Assembly (NCBI GenBank): GCA_017470425.1
Contig: JAFUYT010000026.1
Location: 54,291 to 118,290, forward strand
Direction: 5' to 3'
Source: Bacteroidaceae bacterium
GTDB lineage: Bacteria; Bacteroidota; Bacteroidia; Bacteroidales; Bacteroidaceae
DNA: 64,000 nt
Shown here: positions 1 through 11,816 of the stretch, piece after piece
How positions within the stretch are numbered: the stretch's first letter is position 1
Layout of the letters: every line of letters begins with the position of its first letter
The notes under the pieces: model-generated
Seen by the model: only the letters and a program-made list of their open reading frames with translations
The model's database searches: none
What the model was told of the DNA's origin: nothing
Position numbers and translations under genes: made by a program

Positions 1-745
1 TGGCGTCGGCGCCGGCCTCCACGAGGGCTTTGATGCGGTCGAGGGTGTCGGTGGTCACGCCCACGCCAGCAGCCACGCGCAGGCGTCCTTTCTCATCCTT
101 GCAGGCCATCGGCTTGTCTTTGGCCTTGGTGATGTCCTTGTAGGTGATGAGTCCGATGAGGTGGTTCCGGTCATCGACGACGGGGAGCTTCTCGATCTTG
201 TTCTCCTGCAGGATCTGCGCGGCAGCGAAGAGGTCGGTCTGCTGGTGGGTCGTCACCAGGTTCTCGCGCGTCATCACCTCGGCGATGGGACGCTCCACGC
301 GGCGCTCGAAGCGCAGGTCGCGGTTCGTCACGATGCCCACCAGCACGTTCTGCGCATCGACCACGGGAATGCCGCCGATGTGGTACTCAGCCATGAGGTT
401 GAGGGCGTCGGCCACGGTGGCGTCGCTCTGGATGGTGACGGGGTGGTAGATCATGCCGTTCTCGGCGCGCTTGACGATGGCCACCTGGCGGGCCTGTTCC
501 TCAATGCTCATGTTCTTGTGGATCACGCCGATGCCGCCTTCGCGGGCGATGGCGATGGCCATTGGCGCCTCTGTGACGGTGTCCATGGCTGCGGTGACGA
601 AGGGCACCTTCAGCTCGATGTGGCGCGAGAAGCGGGTGGTGAGATCTACGCTGCGGGGCAGCACTTCGGAGTAAGCGGGTACGAGGAGGACGTCGTCAAA
701 CGTGAGTCCGTCCATGACGATGCGGTCAGCAATAAAATTGGCCAT
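1..745 (-). CDS. guaB: IMP dehydrogenase, N-terminal part (gene continues past the window start)
   Basis: Absent from the ORF track because it has no stop in the window. Manual minus-strand translation from the ATG (complement of 743-745) gives [31 protein letters not shown]...[37 protein letters not shown], followed by CBS-like segments ([17 protein letters not shown]). The + ORFs at 144-835 are antisense shadows. Confidence 0.85.
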   Translation of the reverse strand, partial: MANFIADRIVMDGLTFDDVLLVPAYSEVLPRSVDLTTRFSRHIELKVPFVTAAMDTVTEAPMAIAIAREGGIGVIHKNMSIEEQARQVAIVKRAENGMIYHPVTIQSDATVADALNLMAEYHIGGIPVVDAQNVLVGIVTNRDLRFERRVERPIAEVMTRENLVTTHQQTDLFAAAQILQENKIEKLPVVDDRNHLIGLITYKDITKAKDKPMACKDEKGRLRVAAGVGVTTDTLDRIKALVEAGADA

Positions 746-774
746 AGGAAAAACGTTTTGTCTTTTATTGCGCG

Positions 775-782
775 CAAAAGTA
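775..782 (-). promoter_or_regulatory. -7 promoter box TACTTTTG (minus strand) upstream of guaB
   Basis: Plus-strand CAAAAGTA is the reverse complement of TACTTTTG and fits the Bacteroidota TAnnTTTG consensus. It lies about 30 nt upstream of the guaB ATG. Confidence 0.5.
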
Positions 783-859
783 CTGCTTTTCCGTCACATG
801 GCCAAAACGATAAGGCTTTTTTACGCTCTGATTAACGCGGATTAACGCACGCAGGCCGC

Positions 860-3031
<2,172 letters not shown>

Positions 3032-3050
3032 GCAAATTTCCTTTTCGTTA

Positions 3051-3058
3051 CAAAGATA
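3051..3058 (-). promoter_or_regulatory. -7 promoter box TATCTTTG (minus strand) upstream of recQ
   Basis: Plus-strand CAAAGATA is the reverse complement of TATCTTTG (TAnnTTTG), 20 nt upstream of the recQ ATG. Confidence 0.5.
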
Positions 3059-3122
3059 TAAACAAAATGGCCTATTTGCCAAGTTTTTTTCTGCTTTTCT
3101 CCACAAAACACTGCATTTTTCT

Positions 3123-3168
3123 CATAAAAAAGACTCCAAAAGCTGTTTCTTACAACTTTTGGAGTCTT
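3123..3168 (-). terminator. Rho-independent terminator after clpX
   Basis: 13-bp perfect stem (AAGACTCCAAAAG / CTTTTGGAGTCTT, 3130-3142 and 3156-3168). On the minus strand it is followed by a TTTTTTAT run, 8 nt downstream of the clpX stop. Confidence 0.8.
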
Positions 3169-3175
3169 CTTTTAT

Positions 3176-4432
3176 CTATCCTTGCATCGCATTGAGCGTG
3201 GATTTCTCCAGTTGCTGTCGTGCGTAGTCAAGCGTCACCCGGAATGTCTTCTCGCCCGATGATGGAAGCTCAAATTGCGGCGTCATCATGATGGCCTCGA
3301 CGATGCTCCGCAGGCCGCGTGCACCCAGCTTGTACTCCACGGCCTTATCCACCATGTACTCCAGTGCTGCCTCGTCGAACGTCAACCGGATGTCGTCCAT
3401 CAGGAACAGTTTCTCCTGCTGGCGGATGAGTGAGTTCTTGGGCTCCGTCAGGATGGCGCGCAGCGCCTTGCGGTCGAGCTGGTTCAGGTAGGTCAGCACC
3501 GGCAGACGGCCGATGATCTCCGGAATCAGTCCGAAGCTCTTCAGATCCTGTGGCACGATGTATTTCATCAGGTCGTTGCGGTCGATGCGCGCTACGTTCT
3601 GCACAGAGTTGTAGCCCACCACGTGGGTGTTCAACCGCTGTGCAATCTTGCGCTCGATGCCGTCGAAGGCGCCGCCGCAGATGAACAGGATGTTGCGCGT
3701 ATCGACGTGCACGTAGTCCTGATCCGGGTGCTTGCGGCCGCCCTTGGGCGGCACGTTCACGATGGAGCCTTCCAGCAGCTTCAGCAGACCCTGCTGCACA
3801 CCCTCGCCGCTCACGTCGCGCGTGATGCTCGGGTTGTCGGTCTTGCGTGCGATCTTGTCGATTTCATCAATGAATACGATGCCGCGCTGTGTGGCCTCCA
3901 CATCGAAGTCGGCCACCTGCAACAGGCGCGAGAGGATGCTCTCGACGTCCTCGCCCACGTAGCCTGCCTCCGTGAAGATCGTCGCATCGACGATCGTGAA
4001 CGGCACTTTCAGCAGCTTTGCGATGGTGCGTGCCATGAGCGTCTTGCCCGTGCCCGTGGGACCCACCATGATGACGTTGCTCTTCTCGATCTCCACGCCG
4101 TCGTCGCCAACGGACTGGCACAGCCGCTTGTAGTGGTTATAGACGGCCACGGAGAGATAGCGTTTCGCGTCGTCCTGACCGATCACGTACTGGTCCAGAT
4201 ACGCTTTGATGTCGGCCGGGCGCGGCAGCGTCTTCCAGTTCATCGACCGCGACCATTGCGATGAGCTCTGGCCGTTCGCCGCTCCCTCAGCCTTCCCTGC
4301 GGCCTCCGTCACAATCTGGTGGGCCTGCTCGATGCAGTCGTTGCAGATGAAACCGCTGATGCCGCTCACGAGCAGCGCCACCTCATCGTCGGAGCGCCCA
4401 CAGAAGGAACAGTAGTTCTTTTTCTTTGCCAT
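3176..4432 (-). CDS. clpX: ATP-dependent Clp protease ATP-binding subunit ClpX
   Basis: N-terminal C4 zinc finger (CSFCG..CNDC), Walker A GPTGTGKT, 418 aa, located directly downstream of clpP. Confidence 0.96.
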   Translation of the reverse strand: MAKKKNYCSFCGRSDDEVALLVSGISGFICNDCIEQAHQIVTEAAGKAEGAANGQSSSQWSRSMNWKTLPRPADIKAYLDQYVIGQDDAKRYLSVAVYNHYKRLCQSVGDDGVEIEKSNVIMVGPTGTGKTLMARTIAKLLKVPFTIVDATIFTEAGYVGEDVESILSRLLQVADFDVEATQRGIVFIDEIDKIARKTDNPSITRDVSGEGVQQGLLKLLEGSIVNVPPKGGRKHPDQDYVHVDTRNILFICGGAFDGIERKIAQRLNTHVVGYNSVQNVARIDRNDLMKYIVPQDLKSFGLIPEIIGRLPVLTYLNQLDRKALRAILTEPKNSLIRQQEKLFLMDDIRLTFDEAALEYMVDKAVEYKLGARGLRSIVEAIMMTPQFELPSSGEKTFRVTLDYARQQLEKSTLNAMQG

Positions 4433-4465
4433 GTATAATATATAAGGTACGCGCGAGCGCGAGAC

Positions 4466-5137
4466 TTATTGTTTACGGGTGAGCACCTGGTCGATCATGC
4501 CGTACTCGCGGGCTTCCTCGGCCGTCATCCAGTAGTTGCGGTCGCTGTCGGCCCACACCTTGTCGTAGGGCGTGTGGCTGTGGTCGGCGATGATCTGGTA
4601 GAGCTCTTTCTTCAGCTTCTGGATCTCGCGTGCCTCGATCTCGATGTCGCTTGCCTGACCTTGCACGCCGCCCAGCGGCTGGTGGATCATCACGCGGCTG
4701 TGGGGCAGCGCACTGCGCTTGCCCTCAGTGCCCGACACCAGCAGCACCGCAGCCATCGAGGCAGCCATACCCGTGCAAATCGTGGCTACGTCGGACGAGA
4801 TGAACTGCATCGTGTCGTAGATGCCCAGACCCGCACTCACGCTCCCGCCGGGGGAGTTCAGATACACGTTGATGTCCTTGCCCGGATCTACGCTGTCCAG
4901 ATACAGAAGCTGTGCCTGCAGCGTGTTCGCCGTGTAGTCGTCGATGGCCGTGCCCAGGAAGATGATGCGGTCCATCATCAGGCGTGAGAACACGTCCATC
5001 TGCGTCACGTTCAGCTGACGCTCCTCCAGGATGTAGGGGTTCAGGTACTGGTTCTGTACGCTCACGTAGTCGTCCAGCGCCTGACCGTTCAGCCCGAGGT
5101 GCCCGGTGGCAAATTTCCTGAAATCCGTCTGTCTCAT
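4466..5137 (-). CDS. clpP: ATP-dependent Clp protease proteolytic subunit ClpP
   Basis: ClpP family sequence (LNSPGGSVSAGLGIYDTMQF, GMAASMAAVLL, MIHQPLGG), 223 aa. Confidence 0.96.
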   Translation of the reverse strand: MRQTDFRKFATGHLGLNGQALDDYVSVQNQYLNPYILEERQLNVTQMDVFSRLMMDRIIFLGTAIDDYTANTLQAQLLYLDSVDPGKDINVYLNSPGGSVSAGLGIYDTMQFISSDVATICTGMAASMAAVLLVSGTEGKRSALPHSRVMIHQPLGGVQGQASDIEIEAREIQKLKKELYQIIADHSHTPYDKVWADSDRNYWMTAEEAREYGMIDQVLTRKQ

Positions 5138-5149
5138 AGTCTCTGCCGG

Positions 5150-6505
5150 TTATTTCTCCTGGAACAGCTTGTTGAACTCTTCGAGCGTGACGCTCTTCTT
5201 CGTGAGCTTCACCACATCCTTCAGCGCCAGGCCGAGCTTCTCCTCGACGCAGCGTGCCACGAGTGCCTCCGTCTGTTCGCGCTTCTTCAGCTGCTCGTTG
5301 GCGTAGTTCGTGATGATGTCGTCGGGCACGTTGCCCATGCCGTACTGTGCGAACTGCATACGCGTCTGGCGCTTGGCGGTCTCCAGGACATCCTCCTGCT
5401 CCACCTTGATGCCCGTCTGGTCAGCCAGCTGCTCCTTGGCCAGGTGCCACAGCAGCTCCTTGATGCTGCCCTCGTAGTTCTGTTCCACGTACTCCTCGCC
5501 CTTGTCCGGGTTGTTGGCACGCATGATGCGCTTGAGCAGTGCGTCAGGCCATTCGAGTTGCCCGATGCGTCCTTCGAGGTACTTGCGGACGTCGATCATG
5601 AAGCGCAGCTGAGCATCCTCTGCGAACTGGTTCTCCAGCTGCTGCTTGATGGCAGCGCGGAACTCTGCCTCACTCGTCACTTTGCCCTCGCCCAGCACCT
5701 GGTCGAAGAGCTCCTGTGTAAGGTCGGAGGCCACGTAGCGTGTGATCTCCGTAATCTGGTAGCTGAAGTCGCCCGTGATGGTCTCCGCTTCCTCCTTCGA
5801 GATGCCCAGCAGGCTCGAGAGCTCGATGGTGCTGTGGTCGTAGGCCACGGCGGGGTTCCACGTGATAACGGTGTTCACCTGTACGCCGTCGAACTTCTTC
5901 TTCTCGTCCTCGTTCTTGAAGTAGCCGGGCAGGATCACGGCGTCCTCCTTCTGGAAACCATCCTCCTTCACGCTGCCCGTGGCATCGAGCTCCGCCAGAT
6001 GACCCTTGATCATGTCACCTTCCTGGTAGCTCTCCACCTGGTCGTAGTGGCCGGCGCGCTGTGCGTAGGCCTTCACCTGGCCGTCCACCATCTCGTCAGT
6101 GACCTTGATGCTGTAGTATGGAATCTTGTCGTCGGCGGACAGCTTCGCGTCGAACTGCGGTGCCAGCGCGATGTCGAAGATGAAGCGCAGCTCCTCTGCA
6201 TCGAAGTCCAGAGGCTCCTGCTTCTCGCTTGCGAGAGGGTCGCCCAGCATATCCACTTTATTCTCGCGCAGGTAGCCATAGAGCTTCTCGCTCAGCAGCT
6301 TCTGCACCTCCTCGGCAGTGACCTCGTTGCCGAAGCGCTTCTTCATCAGACTCAGGGGCACCTGCCCCGGACGGAAGCCCGGCAGCGAGGCCTTCTTGCG
6401 GTAGTCTTTGAGCGCTTTCTCCACGCGCTCCTGATAGTCAGCTTTCTCGAAGGTGATGGTCAGTTCTGCGGCCACACCCGATGTCTTCTCAAATTGAATG
6501 TTCAT
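5150..6505 (-). CDS. tig: Trigger factor
   Basis: 451 aa with the N-terminal ribosome-binding signature GFRPGQVP. The tig-clpP-clpX order is conserved. Confidence 0.93.
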   Translation of the reverse strand: MNIQFEKTSGVAAELTITFEKADYQERVEKALKDYRKKASLPGFRPGQVPLSLMKKRFGNEVTAEEVQKLLSEKLYGYLRENKVDMLGDPLASEKQEPLDFDAEELRFIFDIALAPQFDAKLSADDKIPYYSIKVTDEMVDGQVKAYAQRAGHYDQVESYQEGDMIKGHLAELDATGSVKEDGFQKEDAVILPGYFKNEDEKKKFDGVQVNTVITWNPAVAYDHSTIELSSLLGISKEEAETITGDFSYQITEITRYVASDLTQELFDQVLGEGKVTSEAEFRAAIKQQLENQFAEDAQLRFMIDVRKYLEGRIGQLEWPDALLKRIMRANNPDKGEEYVEQNYEGSIKELLWHLAKEQLADQTGIKVEQEDVLETAKRQTRMQFAQYGMGNVPDDIITNYANEQLKKREQTEALVARCVEEKLGLALKDVVKLTKKSVTLEEFNKLFQEK

Positions 6506-6544
6506 AATGTTATTTTACGATTTTATGATTTGCAATTTATTTCG

Positions 6545-7402
6545 TTATTTCGACATTTCGATATTTCCCGCCTGTTGTCGTTCCCGCTCCATACTCTCAA
6601 AGTCCTTCGGGCGCAGCACGAAGCTGTTCGTCAGGTACTTGGCACGTACCACCTCGTTGGCTGCCAGTTCCTCCGGCGTGCCCTTGAAGTGGATGCGGCC
6701 CTCGAAGAGCATATAGGCGCGGTCCGTGATGCACAGCGTCTCCTCCACGTTGTGGTCCGTGATCAGTACGCCGATGTTCATCCGCTTCAGCTTCCACACG
6801 ATGAGCTGGATGTCCTCCACTGCGATCGGATCGACACCTGCGAAAGGCTCGTCCAGCATCACGAACTTGGGGTCGATAGCCAGACAACGTGCAATCTCCG
6901 TGCGCCGACGCTCGCCGCCCGAGAGGCGGTCACCCAGGTTCTTGCGCACCTTCTCGAGGCGGAACTCGCTGATGAGCGCCTCCAGCTTCTCGCGCTTGTA
7001 GGCCTCGCTGCAGTCCGTGCGCAGCTCCAGCACGCTGGCGATGTTGTCCTCCACCGTCATCTTGCGGAACACCGAAGCCTCCTGCGCCAGATAGCCGATA
7101 CCCTTGTGCGCACGCTTATACACCGGCAGGCTCGTGATCTCCTCATGTCCGATGAACACCTGGCCCTCGTTCGGGATGACCAGACCCGTCGTCATGTAGA
7201 ACGATGTCGTCTTGCCCGCACCGTTCGGCCCCAGCAACCCCACGATCTCCCCTTGATCCACGTGGAAGTTCACGTCATCCACCACCGTGCGCTTGCCGTA
7301 GATCTTCTTCAGATGTTCGGCGCACAGGCGCAGGGGCTCCTCCTGATGAGGGGCCACATAAGCGGTGCTCTGGGGGCTGATCTGTGTCGTAGTGTCGGCC
7401 AT
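6545..7402 (-). CDS. lptB: LPS export ABC transporter ATP-binding protein LptB
   Basis: Walker [10 protein letters not shown], signature LSGGERRR, Walker [13 protein letters not shown]. The start is moved to MADTTTQ (ATG complement 7400-7402), downstream of a -7 box. Confidence 0.88.
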   Translation of the reverse strand: MADTTTQISPQSTAYVAPHQEEPLRLCAEHLKKIYGKRTVVDDVNFHVDQGEIVGLLGPNGAGKTTSFYMTTGLVIPNEGQVFIGHEEITSLPVYKRAHKGIGYLAQEASVFRKMTVEDNIASVLELRTDCSEAYKREKLEALISEFRLEKVRKNLGDRLSGGERRRTEIARCLAIDPKFVMLDEPFAGVDPIAVEDIQLIVWKLKRMNIGVLITDHNVEETLCITDRAYMLFEGRIHFKGTPEELAANEVVRAKYLTNSFVLRPKDFESMERERQQAGNIEMSK

Positions 7403-7420
7403 AGGTGCGTTTTGAGTGCG

Positions 7421-7428
7421 CAAAAGTA
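7421..7428 (-). promoter_or_regulatory. -7 promoter box TACTTTTG (minus strand) upstream of lptB
   Basis: Plus-strand CAAAAGTA, about 19 nt upstream of the lptB ATG. It is divergent from the mlaE promoter. Confidence 0.5.
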
Positions 7429-7503
7429 CACAATTCTTGCCACTTTCTACCATTTCGGGCAAAAAAACTGCCTCCCGATGCACCTCTTTTAGCCTTTTTT
7501 GAC

Positions 7504-7511
7504 TACTTTTG
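7504..7511 (+). promoter_or_regulatory. -7 promoter box TACTTTTG upstream of the mlaE-like gene
   Basis: Exact TAnnTTTG match, 22 nt upstream of the ATG at 7533. Confidence 0.5.
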
Positions 7512-7532
7512 CACCCAAATCAAGTGAATTTC

Positions 7533-8279
7533 ATGAATTTCATCTACAAGCCCCTCGCCACTTTCGGCCGCTACATCCTCCTTATGGGCAAGGTCTTCAG
7601 CCGGCCCGAACGCTTCCGGATGTACTGGAAACAGTACCTCAAGGAGATGCAACAGCTCGGCATCGACAGCATCGGAATCGTCCTGATGATCTCCTTCTTC
7701 ATCGGAGCCGTCATCTGTATCCAGATGAAGGTCAACGTCTCCAGCCCCTGGATGCCGCGCTTCTCCACCGGGTTCACTACCCGCGAGATTCTCCTTCTGG
7801 AGTTCTCCAGTTCCATCATGTGTCTCATCCTCGCAGGAAAGGTAGGCTCCAACATCGCTTCTGAGATTGGGACCATGCGCGTCACACAGCAGATCGACGC
7901 CCTTGAGATCATGGGCGTCAACTCAGCTTCCTTCCTCATCCTGCCCAAGATCCTCGGCCTCGTCACGATGATTCCTTTCCTCGTCGTATTCTCTATGGTT
8001 GCAGGATTCGGGGGGGCGTATGGCATCAGCCTGATGGGTATCATCACGCCTGAGGACCTCACCTATGGACTCCAACATTCCTTCAACCAGTGGTATCTCT
8101 GGATGGGCATCATCAAGAGTTTCTTCTTTGCCTTCATCATCGCCTCCGTCTCCGCCTTCTATGGCTACACCGTCGAGGGTGGCAGCGTCGAGGTCGGCAA
8201 GGCCAGCACCGACAGCGTCGTACACTGCTCCATGCTCATCCTCTTCGCCGACATCTTCCTTACGCAGCTCTTGAGTTGA
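7533..8279 (+). CDS. mlaE: MlaE-family ABC transporter permease
   Basis: Multi-pass membrane protein with an MlaE/Ttg2B-like sequence (LGIDSIGIVLMISFFIGAV, MRVTQQIDALEIMG). The start is moved from the TTG at 7509 to the ATG at 7533. Confidence 0.8.
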   Translation: MNFIYKPLATFGRYILLMGKVFSRPERFRMYWKQYLKEMQQLGIDSIGIVLMISFFIGAVICIQMKVNVSSPWMPRFSTGFTTREILLLEFSSSIMCLILAGKVGSNIASEIGTMRVTQQIDALEIMGVNSASFLILPKILGLVTMIPFLVVFSMVAGFGGAYGISLMGIITPEDLTYGLQHSFNQWYLWMGIIKSFFFAFIIASVSAFYGYTVEGGSVEVGKASTDSVVHCSMLILFADIFLTQLLS

Positions 8280-8325
8280 GAGTTGAAAGTTGACAGTTGA
8301 GAGTTGAAAGTTTGAATATTGCCAA

Positions 8326-9081
8326 ATGATAGAAATCAAGAACCTCTATAAATCCTTCGAGGACAAGGATGTCCTCAAGGGCATCACCACCACCTTTCCT
8401 GCTGGGCAGACCAACCTCATCATCGGGCAGTCCGGCTCTGGAAAGACCGTTCTCATGAAGTGTATCGTGGGACTGCTGACGCCTACGAGCGGCGAGATCC
8501 TCTACGACGGCCGCGACTTCGTCAGCATGAACAAACGCGAGAAAGCCATGCTTCGCCGTGAGATGGGTATGATTTTCCAGTCCGCCGCTCTCTTTGACAG
8601 CATGACTGTTCTCGAGAACGTCATGTTCCCCCTTGATATGTTCTCGTCCATGACGCTCCGCGACCGCACGCGCCGCGCACAGCAGTGCCTCGACCGTGTC
8701 AACCTCTCCGACGCCCAGCATAAGTTCCCCGACGAGATATCGGGAGGTATGCAGAAGCGCGTGGCCATCGCACGTGCCATCGCTCTCAACCCCAAGTACC
8801 TCTTCTGCGACGAACCCAACAGCGGTCTCGACCCCAAGACTTCCCTCGTCATCGATGCGCTCATCCACGACATCACCGTGGAGTTCAATATGACCACCAT
8901 CATGAACACCCACGACATGAACTCCGTCATGGGCATTGGCGACAGCATCATCTTCATCAAGGAAGGTCTCCAGGAGTGGACGGGTGACAAGTCGCAGGTC
9001 GCCGTCTCCGACAACCAGGCCCTCACCGACTTCATCTTCGCCTCCGACCTCCTCAAGAAAGCTCGCCAAGCCTTCGTCTGA
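8326..9081 (+). CDS. ABC transporter ATP-binding protein (MlaF-like)
   Basis: Walker A GQSGSGKT, signature ISGGMQKR, Walker B LFCDEPNSGLDP. It is adjacent to the MlaE-like permease. Confidence 0.85.
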   Translation: MIEIKNLYKSFEDKDVLKGITTTFPAGQTNLIIGQSGSGKTVLMKCIVGLLTPTSGEILYDGRDFVSMNKREKAMLRREMGMIFQSAALFDSMTVLENVMFPLDMFSSMTLRDRTRRAQQCLDRVNLSDAQHKFPDEISGGMQKRVAIARAIALNPKYLFCDEPNSGLDPKTSLVIDALIHDITVEFNMTTIMNTHDMNSVMGIGDSIIFIKEGLQEWTGDKSQVAVSDNQALTDFIFASDLLKKARQAFV

Positions 9082-9089
9082 ACCCGCGC

Positions 9090-9138
9090 ACAAGAAAGCC
9101 GGAAGCCTTGCGATCTGCAAGGCTTCCGGCTTTCTTGT
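9090..9138. terminator. Long perfect hairpin, a bidirectional terminator between the ABC ATPase gene and tRNA-Met
   Basis: 22-bp perfect arms ACAAGAAAGCCGGAAGCCTTGC / GCAAGGCTTCCGGCTTTCTTGT with a 5-nt loop, sitting between convergent genes. Confidence 0.7.
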
Positions 9139-9139
9139 G

Positions 9140-9212
9140 TTGCGGAGGTCCGACTCGAACGGGCGACCTCCAGGTTATGAGCCTGGCGAGCTACCAACTG
9201 CTCCACTCCGCG
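9140..9212 (-). tRNA. tRNA-Met (CAT), initiator-like
   Basis: The minus strand folds as a cloverleaf: acceptor CGCGGAG/CTCCGCA, D stem GAGC/GCTC, anticodon stem CCAGG/CCTGG with loop CTCATAA, T loop TTCGAGT. C1-A72 mismatch and A11:T24 are initiator hallmarks. One C-A mismatch in the T stem. CCA is not encoded. Confidence 0.85.
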
Positions 9213-9246
9213 ATGTTGTGACAGGCGTTTCTGTCATTTGCGGGTG

Positions 9247-9254
9247 CAAAGGTA
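9247..9254 (-). promoter_or_regulatory. -7 promoter box TACCTTTG (minus strand) upstream of tRNA-Met
   Basis: Plus-strand CAAAGGTA, about 35 nt upstream of the tRNA 5' end. Confidence 0.5.
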
Positions 9255-9370
9255 CGACATTCTTTTGAATTGACCAAACGAAACGGAAGAAAAATGATAG
9301 AGAAGTAGCTTTTTTGCACACATGCGCAAAAAGTGTGCGGCGTTTTCTTGGGGAAATCGCACAAATCGCC

Positions 9371-9378
9371 TACTTTTG
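9371..9378 (+). promoter_or_regulatory. -7 promoter box TACTTTTG upstream of the TetR gene
   Basis: Exact TAnnTTTG match, 25 nt upstream of the ATG at 9403. Confidence 0.5.
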
Positions 9379-9402
9379 CATCGCATTTCAGCACGAGAGA
9401 TT

Positions 9403-9987
9403 ATGCCACAACTCAAGACTCGCCAACTGCTGGTGGATGTCGCCCGACAACTCTTTGCCAAGCAAGGCTTCGAGGATACGACGATGAACGACATCGCCGA
9501 AGCTTCTGGAAAGGGGCGGCGCACCCTCTACACCTATTTTAAAAATAAGGAGGAGGTCTATTCCGCGGTCATCGACGCGGAACTGATGCGTATCTCTTCG
9601 ACCTTCCTTGCCGTGGCGCGGCGACAGCTGCCGCCGCTGGAGAAACTCGTGGAGCTGCTCTTCGCCCACCTCAGCCTGATGAAGGAGGCGGTGGAGCGCA
9701 ACGGGAACCTGCGTTCGGCCTTCTTCCGTAACATCTGGAAGGTGGAGAGCGTGCGCAAGAAGTACGACAAGAAGGAGCACGACATCTTCGCCAAGACGCT
9801 CGAAGAGGGCCGTCAGGCTGGAGCCTTCGACATCGACGATGTGGTGTTCTACACCGACATCATCCAGGCTACGGCCAAGGGTCTCGAGGTGCCCTACATC
9901 TACGGGCGACTCGGCGTAGGCATGAACATCGAAGTCACGCGCCCCATGGTCACCAAGATCCTCTTCCGGGCACTCGGGATGAGGTGA
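9403..9987 (+). CDS. TetR/AcrR family transcriptional regulator
   Basis: N-terminal TetR HTH region (ARQLFAKQGFEDTTMNDIAEASGKGRRTLYTYF). The start is moved to MPQLKTRQ. Confidence 0.85.
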   Translation: MPQLKTRQLLVDVARQLFAKQGFEDTTMNDIAEASGKGRRTLYTYFKNKEEVYSAVIDAELMRISSTFLAVARRQLPPLEKLVELLFAHLSLMKEAVERNGNLRSAFFRNIWKVESVRKKYDKKEHDIFAKTLEEGRQAGAFDIDDVVFYTDIIQATAKGLEVPYIYGRLGVGMNIEVTRPMVTKILFRALGMR

Positions 9988-10096
9988 AACTCGAAGAGCC
10001 AACAGTCGAAATGCCGAAATATCGATATATCGATACATCGACATGACAAAAGAATTAAATTGTAAATTGTAAATCGTCAAATCATCAAATAGAATA

Positions 10097-10834
10097 ATGG
10101 GACTCTTAACTGGAAAGACGGCGCTGATCACTGGCGCCGCACGGGGCATCGGCAAGGCCATCGCCCTGAAGTTCGCCGCTGAAGGCGCTAACATTGCATT
10201 TACAGACCTCGCTGTCAACGAGGAGACGGAGGCGGAGATCGCTGCCCTCGGCGTCAAGGCCAAGAGCTACGCCAGCAACGCTGCCGACTTCGCCGAGAGC
10301 GAGGCCGTGGTACAGCAGGTGAAAGCTGACTTCGGAACGATTGACATCCTCGTGAACAATGCGGGTATCACGAAGGACGGACTGATGTTGCGCATGAGCG
10401 AGCAGCAGTGGGACGCCGTGATTGCGGTCAACCTGAAATCGGCCTTCAACTTCATCCATGCCGTCGTGCCCGTGATGATGCGTCAGCGTGGAGGATCCAT
10501 CATCAACATGGCCAGCGTCGTGGGCGTTCACGGCAATGCCGGGCAGGCCAACTATGCCGCCTCCAAGGCTGGCCTCATCGCCCTCGCAAAATCCATAGGG
10601 CAGGAGATGGGTCCGAAGGGCATCCGTGCTAACGCCATTGCTCCAGGTTTCATTGACACAGCCATGACACAGGCGCTGTCCGAGGAAGTTCGGAAGGAAT
10701 GGTGCAACAAGATTCCCCTTCGCCGCGGCGGCACTGTTGAGGATATTGCCAACTGCGCTCTCTTCCTCGCCTCTGACTTGTCCAGCTACATCAGCGGCCA
10801 GGTCATTCAGGTTGACGGCGGCATGAATATGTGA
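10097..10834 (+). CDS. fabG: 3-oxoacyl-[ACP] reductase FabG (SDR family)
   Basis: TGAARGIGKA cofactor motif, NNAG, and catalytic YAASKAG. 245 aa. Confidence 0.9.
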   Translation: MGLLTGKTALITGAARGIGKAIALKFAAEGANIAFTDLAVNEETEAEIAALGVKAKSYASNAADFAESEAVVQQVKADFGTIDILVNNAGITKDGLMLRMSEQQWDAVIAVNLKSAFNFIHAVVPVMMRQRGGSIINMASVVGVHGNAGQANYAASKAGLIALAKSIGQEMGPKGIRANAIAPGFIDTAMTQALSEEVRKEWCNKIPLRRGGTVEDIANCALFLASDLSSYISGQVIQVDGGMNM

Positions 10835-10872
10835 TAGTTGACAGTTGACAATTGACAGTTGATAGTTGACAA

Positions 10873-11541
10873 TTGACAGTTCTCTACGAAGATAACCACG
10901 TCATCATCGTCGCGAAGCGTGCGGGTGAGATCGTCCAGGGCGACAAGACTGGCGACACCCCACTCTCCGAGACGGTGAAGGCGTACATCAAGGAGAAGTA
11001 CGCGAAGCCGGGAGACGTTTTCCTCGGCGTCGTGCACCGTCTGGACCGCCCCGTGAGCGGGGTGGTGCTGTTTGCGCGCACCAGCAAGGCGCTCACGCGT
11101 CTCAACGAGATGTTCCGCACCCAGGCGGTGCAGAAAACCTACTGGGCACTCGTGCAAAACGAGCCCCCGCAGCCGGAGAACACGCTGACGCACTATCTCG
11201 TGCGCAACGAGAAGCTGAACAAGAGCTACGCCTACGACCACGAGCGGCCTGCTGCCAAGCGCGCCGAACTCGATTACCGCGTCATCGGCCACACTGAGCG
11301 CTACACGCTCCTCGAGATTCACCTTCACACCGGCCGCCATCATCAGATCCGCTGCCAGCTCGCTGCCATCGGCTGCCCCATCCGTGGAGACCTGAAATAT
11401 GGAGCCCCGCGCAGCAACCCCGACGGCAGCATCAGCCTCCATGCCCGCAGCATCCGCTTCGAGCACCCCGTGTCGCACAAGATCATCGAGGTCGTGGCAC
11501 CGCTGCCCGAGGAAGGACCGTGGAGCGTATCAAGAAAATGA
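10873..11541 (+). CDS. RluA-family pseudouridine synthase
   Basis: Catalytic HRLDRPVSG motif. The only in-frame start is the TTG at 10873, because a stop lies at 10867-10869. This start sits inside the 7-bp tandem spacer. Confidence 0.8.
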   Translation: MTVLYEDNHVIIVAKRAGEIVQGDKTGDTPLSETVKAYIKEKYAKPGDVFLGVVHRLDRPVSGVVLFARTSKALTRLNEMFRTQAVQKTYWALVQNEPPQPENTLTHYLVRNEKLNKSYAYDHERPAAKRAELDYRVIGHTERYTLLEIHLHTGRHHQIRCQLAAIGCPIRGDLKYGAPRSNPDGSISLHARSIRFEHPVSHKIIEVVAPLPEEGPWSVSRK

Positions 11542-11594
11542 GGGGAAAACGAAAAAAACTTTCAACTTTCAACATTCAACTACAAACTTTTTAT

Positions 11595-11602
11595 TACCTT
11601 TG
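11595..11602 (+). promoter_or_regulatory. -7 promoter box TACCTTTG upstream of tRNA-Ser
   Basis: Exact TAnnTTTG match, about 40 nt upstream of the tRNA 5' end. Confidence 0.5.
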
Positions 11603-11641
11603 CCGCGCAAAACCACCTACGTGTGGTTAGAGCACCCTTCT

Positions 11642-11726
11642 GGAAGGATGGTAGAGTGGTCGATTACATCGGTCTTGAAAACCGACGTGCCGCAAGGCAC
11701 CGGGGGTTCGAATCCCTCTCCTTCCG
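11642..11726 (+). tRNA. tRNA-Ser (TGA anticodon), class II with a long variable arm
   Basis: Acceptor GGAAGGA/TCCTTCC, anticodon stem TCGGT/ACCGA with loop CTTGAAA, variable arm GTGCC-GCAA-GGCAC, T loop TTCGAAT, discriminator G. Confidence 0.92.
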
Positions 11727-11816
11727 CTTGGAGACACCTCTCCTTCCGCACAAGCCCCCTCGGGATTCTCTCCCCCGGGGGGCTCTTTCATCTTCGTAAA
11801 CTGCATCATGAAGCGT

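Noticed and set aside
161-835. 224-aa + strand ORF (and overlapping ORFs at 144-449 and 453-674).
   Set aside because: It is antisense to a clear guaB N-terminus that translates cleanly on the minus strand. The product is Ala/Val/Gly/His/Asp-rich with no recognisable motifs, which is typical of a GC-rich shadow ORF.
5099-7492. 797-aa + strand ORF spanning 2.4 kb.
   Set aside because: It runs antisense across tig and lptB, both with unambiguous motifs on the minus strand. The sequence is a low-complexity Leu/Val/Ala/His-rich shadow.
8260-10263. Minus-strand ORFs of 286, 234 and 291 aa overlapping the ABC ATPase, tRNA-Met and TetR genes.
   Set aside because: They are antisense to genes with clear Walker/HTH motifs. 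One would run through a tRNA gene. Their composition is typical of shadow ORFs.
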